Assembly (NCBI GenBank): GCA_038326365.1
Contig: JBBQJY010000002.1
Coordinates: 17,960 to 81,959, forward strand
Direction of reading: 5' to 3'
DNA length: 64,000 nt
From: Candidatus Curtissbacteria bacterium
GTDB taxonomy: Bacteria > Patescibacteriota > Microgenomatia > Curtissbacterales > GWA2-41-24
Part shown: piece by piece, positions 61,065 to 64,000 of the stretch
Layout: the number at the start of each line of letters is the position of its first letter
How positions within the stretch are numbered: the stretch's first letter is position 1
Program-made: the position numbers and the translations under genes
Notes under the pieces: model-generated
What the model saw: the letters and a program-made list of their open reading frames with translations, nothing else
Told to the model about the DNA's origin: nothing
Database searches by the model: none

Positions 61065-63431
61065 CTAGAGGCGAGCTCTGTGGACAATCTCCGCGTCGAC
61101 AACATTAACATCTCGGCCATACCTAAGTCTAGATAGCTGTTTAATCATCTCTGCAATTCTTGGGTCTTTATCGACTTTGGCCAAATCTCGAGTAGTGTCC
61201 AGGGAAAACGGCGGTACAGGCTCATTATGAACAATTGTTTTGGCGTAAGCATGAAATCGCTCAACATTTATTAAATCTGTCTCATTAAAAATCGGTGTAA
61301 ATTCATGCTGTAAATAATTGGCATCTGTCACTCCAATTCTAAAGCTAACTATAGTTCCCACGTTACCGAAAATAGCATTTTTAACCTCTTCTTCGATCTG
61401 TCCTATAAACTGATTGGCAACAATTAAGTTTAAATGAAATTTTCGAGCCTCTGCCAAAATATCCGCAAAAGTTTCTGTCGCAAAGTTTTGAAATTCGTCA
61501 ACATAGAGGAAAAAATCGGGCCTCTGTTCCTCTGGCACGTCTTGCCTACTCATCGCTGCAACCAAAATTTTTGGCACTAAAATCAATCCTAAAAAATTTG
61601 AATTCTCTTCGGAAATCTTACCCTTGCTGAGATTAACCAGTAAGATTTTTCGCTGATCCATAATGTCGCGAATGTTAAAAGCACTGCCCGATTGGCCAAT
61701 TATGTTTCGCATCATTTTATCTGTTATGAAACGCCCAAATTTTGAAACGATATAATCCAATACTTCACTTTTGTGAAAGTCACTTGTCTGAGCTATCTGG
61801 TCTGTCCAATATCTGCGAACTACAGGGTCTTGTACTTTTGGCAGCATTTCCTGAACAAAGTTGGCATCTGTCAAAACTCTGACCACTTCCATAAAAGTGC
61901 TACCAGGTTCACTCATAACAGTAAGCATGGCGTTTCTGATTGCATGTTCAAACCGCGGGCCGATAATACCCGTTTTATGGGGGTCGTAAAGTTTATACAT
62001 AAGGCCAACTATATAAGTTGCTACGAAATGCTTCTCTTGCTCTGTGTTGGCCTCAAGCATATTCATACCAATCGGCCGCTCAACATCCGCTGGGTTAAAA
62101 TAAATTACATCTTCTGCCCGCTCAGGCGGAATCATGCCCAAGAGATCCTCTGCAGCATCGCCGTGAGGGTCAATAAATGCCACTCCATGACCAGCCTTAA
62201 TGTCTTGCATAATAAGATGTTTTAGAAGTTCCGTTTTCCCAGTACCAGTTTTACCGATTATGTACATATGTCTGCGTCTGTCGTCTGACCCTACAAAAAC
62301 TTCCTTTGTTGTACCCCTATAAACACTCTTTCCAAGATGTAACCCTTCAGAAAGAATTTGTGCCGGTGCCGGTGCGCGTTTAGCATTGACCCAATAAATT
62401 CCCGGAGTTTCTATAGTTTTATTCGGAAAGTGAAATATTGTCGCTAGCTCTTCAGTGTTCAAAACACCATATTTACCAAAAAGCGGCATATATCTGTAAA
62501 TAAAATCAACCAAAAATTGTTTTTTGAAGCGAATTCCCGCTCCGCTAAAACCGTTATATTCCCCATTAAACTGAGAAAACGTGCTCTTAATGTTGTCCAA
62601 ATGAAGCTTAGCCTCCGCGTCTGTTTTTGCGCTAACTACGATTCTTATAACCACTTCAAAACCAACTCTCGAGGTTTTATTTTCAATAGCCTCCATCTTT
62701 TTTGGGTCCGGCGGATGTTTATGCTCATTTTTTGGATCCATCTCCGCCTGTTTAGTCTTAGAAACATACTTTTTGCCGGAACTTCTCCAAGCGCTTTCGG
62801 CAGGCGAAACAAGTATCTGAATCACCGCTCCCTCACTAGGTGACATTTTGGCAAGCGCCGATGTGACCTGAGAAAGAGGGTCGACTGCTAAATCCTTGTA
62901 AGTTTTAAGAGGAAAATAACTCGAGGATTTTAATTTTAGAGCAGCAAAAGCGAGCTTGCCGTCTTCGGAAAAAATATTATATTCTTCAACTTCTTTTACC
63001 TCGGCACCTGCGTAAGCTCCATGAATTTGTTTTTCAACCAAATCCTGCAAACCTTTAGGACAGGAAATATAAAACTTAATTTCCTCCGGCGTTGCCACAA
63101 TTTCTAAAGAAAAATGGGGTTGTGTATTTAAAAATCCAAACGTTCCATTGCTTTTGTGAATTGAATAAAGCGAAGAAAACATCTGCTCAGCCGCGTCGAT
63201 TTTAACTTCGTTATCGCGAGGCACTGCAATCGAAAGAAGAACAAAATCCAAAGATTTTGCTTCCCTATCTTTATTCTTCATCCATATAACCCAAAGCCAA
63301 CCAACTAAAAATGCCAAACCCCCAAGAATTAATAAAAATATTAGAATTATTCCTAATGAACCAAAGATAAGTTGAAATCCAGCTAGGGGGTCAACAGTGC
63401 CCACACCCTTCCCTACTTCCTCTACTGGCAT
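61065..63431 (-). CDS. VirD4/TraG/VirB4-like (HerA-FtsK superfamily) membrane ATPase
   Basis: N-terminal TM; DRRRHMYIIGKTGTGKT, IDPHGD, YVDEFQNF, EARKF.L....ANQ, AIFGNVGT. Confidence 0.88.
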   Translation of the reverse strand: MPVEEVGKGVGTVDPLAGFQLIFGSLGIILIFLLILGGLAFLVGWLWVIWMKNKDREAKSLDFVLLSIAVPRDNEVKIDAAEQMFSSLYSIHKSNGTFGFLNTQPHFSLEIVATPEEIKFYISCPKGLQDLVEKQIHGAYAGAEVKEVEEYNIFSEDGKLAFAALKLKSSSYFPLKTYKDLAVDPLSQVTSALAKMSPSEGAVIQILVSPAESAWRSSGKKYVSKTKQAEMDPKNEHKHPPDPKKMEAIENKTSRVGFEVVIRIVVSAKTDAEAKLHLDNIKSTFSQFNGEYNGFSGAGIRFKKQFLVDFIYRYMPLFGKYGVLNTEELATIFHFPNKTIETPGIYWVNAKRAPAPAQILSEGLHLGKSVYRGTTKEVFVGSDDRRRHMYIIGKTGTGKTELLKHLIMQDIKAGHGVAFIDPHGDAAEDLLGMIPPERAEDVIYFNPADVERPIGMNMLEANTEQEKHFVATYIVGLMYKLYDPHKTGIIGPRFEHAIRNAMLTVMSEPGSTFMEVVRVLTDANFVQEMLPKVQDPVVRRYWTDQIAQTSDFHKSEVLDYIVSKFGRFITDKMMRNIIGQSGSAFNIRDIMDQRKILLVNLSKGKISEENSNFLGLILVPKILVAAMSRQDVPEEQRPDFFLYVDEFQNFATETFADILAEARKFHLNLIVANQFIGQIEEEVKNAIFGNVGTIVSFRIGVTDANYLQHEFTPIFNETDLINVERFHAYAKTIVHNEPVPPFSLDTTRDLAKVDKDPRIAEMIKQLSRLRYGRDVNVVDAEIVHRARL

Positions 63432-63970
63432 TATTCTTCTCCTTCCGTATTGCTCTCTTTATTCCTAAAAACTACTTTTTTGGCATGCTTATGAGCGGCC
63501 TTAATAACTCGCCCGATGAGGGCAACTAAACCGGCAACAGACAAAACGCCAGTTACATCCTGGTCACGATCCGTACGTCCTTCTATTTTTACTATTTCTT
63601 GGGACTTGTAATCTTCCTCATTCATCGGCAAAACTAAGTCGCTACCGCGCTGAACAATTTCGCTAGCTTCTTTTTCCCGCGATTTCACTCCACTGTCGGC
63701 AACATCGGCCGGAAGATTAATATCCCCCTTAGAAAGTCTCGCTTCACTAATCGACTCCTGTACCTTTTTCTCTGCATCTAAATCGGCCTCATGACTTCTT
63801 TCAACAACTTCTTTTAAAAGTTTCTCCTCAGAAACAGACCCTTCCAACTCCTTGCCGCCACGAATCGAAATCTGCTCTTTTTTGTCAGAAATTGGAACAC
63901 TATTTACTTGATCCGAAGAATCATCCGATTGTTGGGACTTTATTTGAGCAGCCATCTTGAGTTGCCCCAA
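63431..63970 (-). CDS. hypothetical protein
   Basis: Acidic 179-aa ORF coupled to the ATPase start; true start may be the internal ATG (MAAQ). Confidence 0.65.
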   Translation of the reverse strand: MGQLKMAAQIKSQQSDDSSDQVNSVPISDKKEQISIRGGKELEGSVSEEKLLKEVVERSHEADLDAEKKVQESISEARLSKGDINLPADVADSGVKSREKEASEIVQRGSDLVLPMNEEDYKSQEIVKIEGRTDRDQDVTGVLSVAGLVALIGRVIKAAHKHAKKVVFRNKESNTEGEE

Positions 63971-64000
63971 TTATAGCTGAAAGAGAAGTCGGATAAAAGG

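Overview
A roughly 40% GC chromosomal window read in genetic code 11. It is most likely from a Patescibacteria/CPR bacterium of the Microgenomates type. Support for that comes from a stand-alone 16S rRNA gene with mismatches to several universal primers, arrays of type IV pilin-like genes, a VirB4/VirD4-like ATPase, an ATP-dependent DNA ligase and tRNA-Ile(UAU). Housekeeping genes include pgk, folC, glmS, uppS, ispH, pth, recF, mutM, ftsH, trpS, nadK and a complete F1Fo atpBEFHAGDC operon, plus five tRNAs. The most unusual observations are: (1) an intact tRNA-Ile(UAU) sitting inside the anticodon region of a second, degenerate tRNA-like shell; (2) three unassigned structured RNAs, two with terminator/antiterminator logic and one of those with a predicted pseudoknot; (3) an isoprenoid locus with ispH, an IDI-prenyltransferase fusion and uppS, divergent from a ThiL-like kinase and a Nudix gene; (4) a PLP enzyme / CDP-alcohol transferase / cytidylyltransferase headgroup operon; (5) widespread leaderless-type gene starts together with an unconventional initiator tRNA; (6) a ligase domain lacking its catalytic lysine, and an ART-fold protein next to a Fic gene. 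All calls are by eye from motifs; no database searches or folding programs were run.
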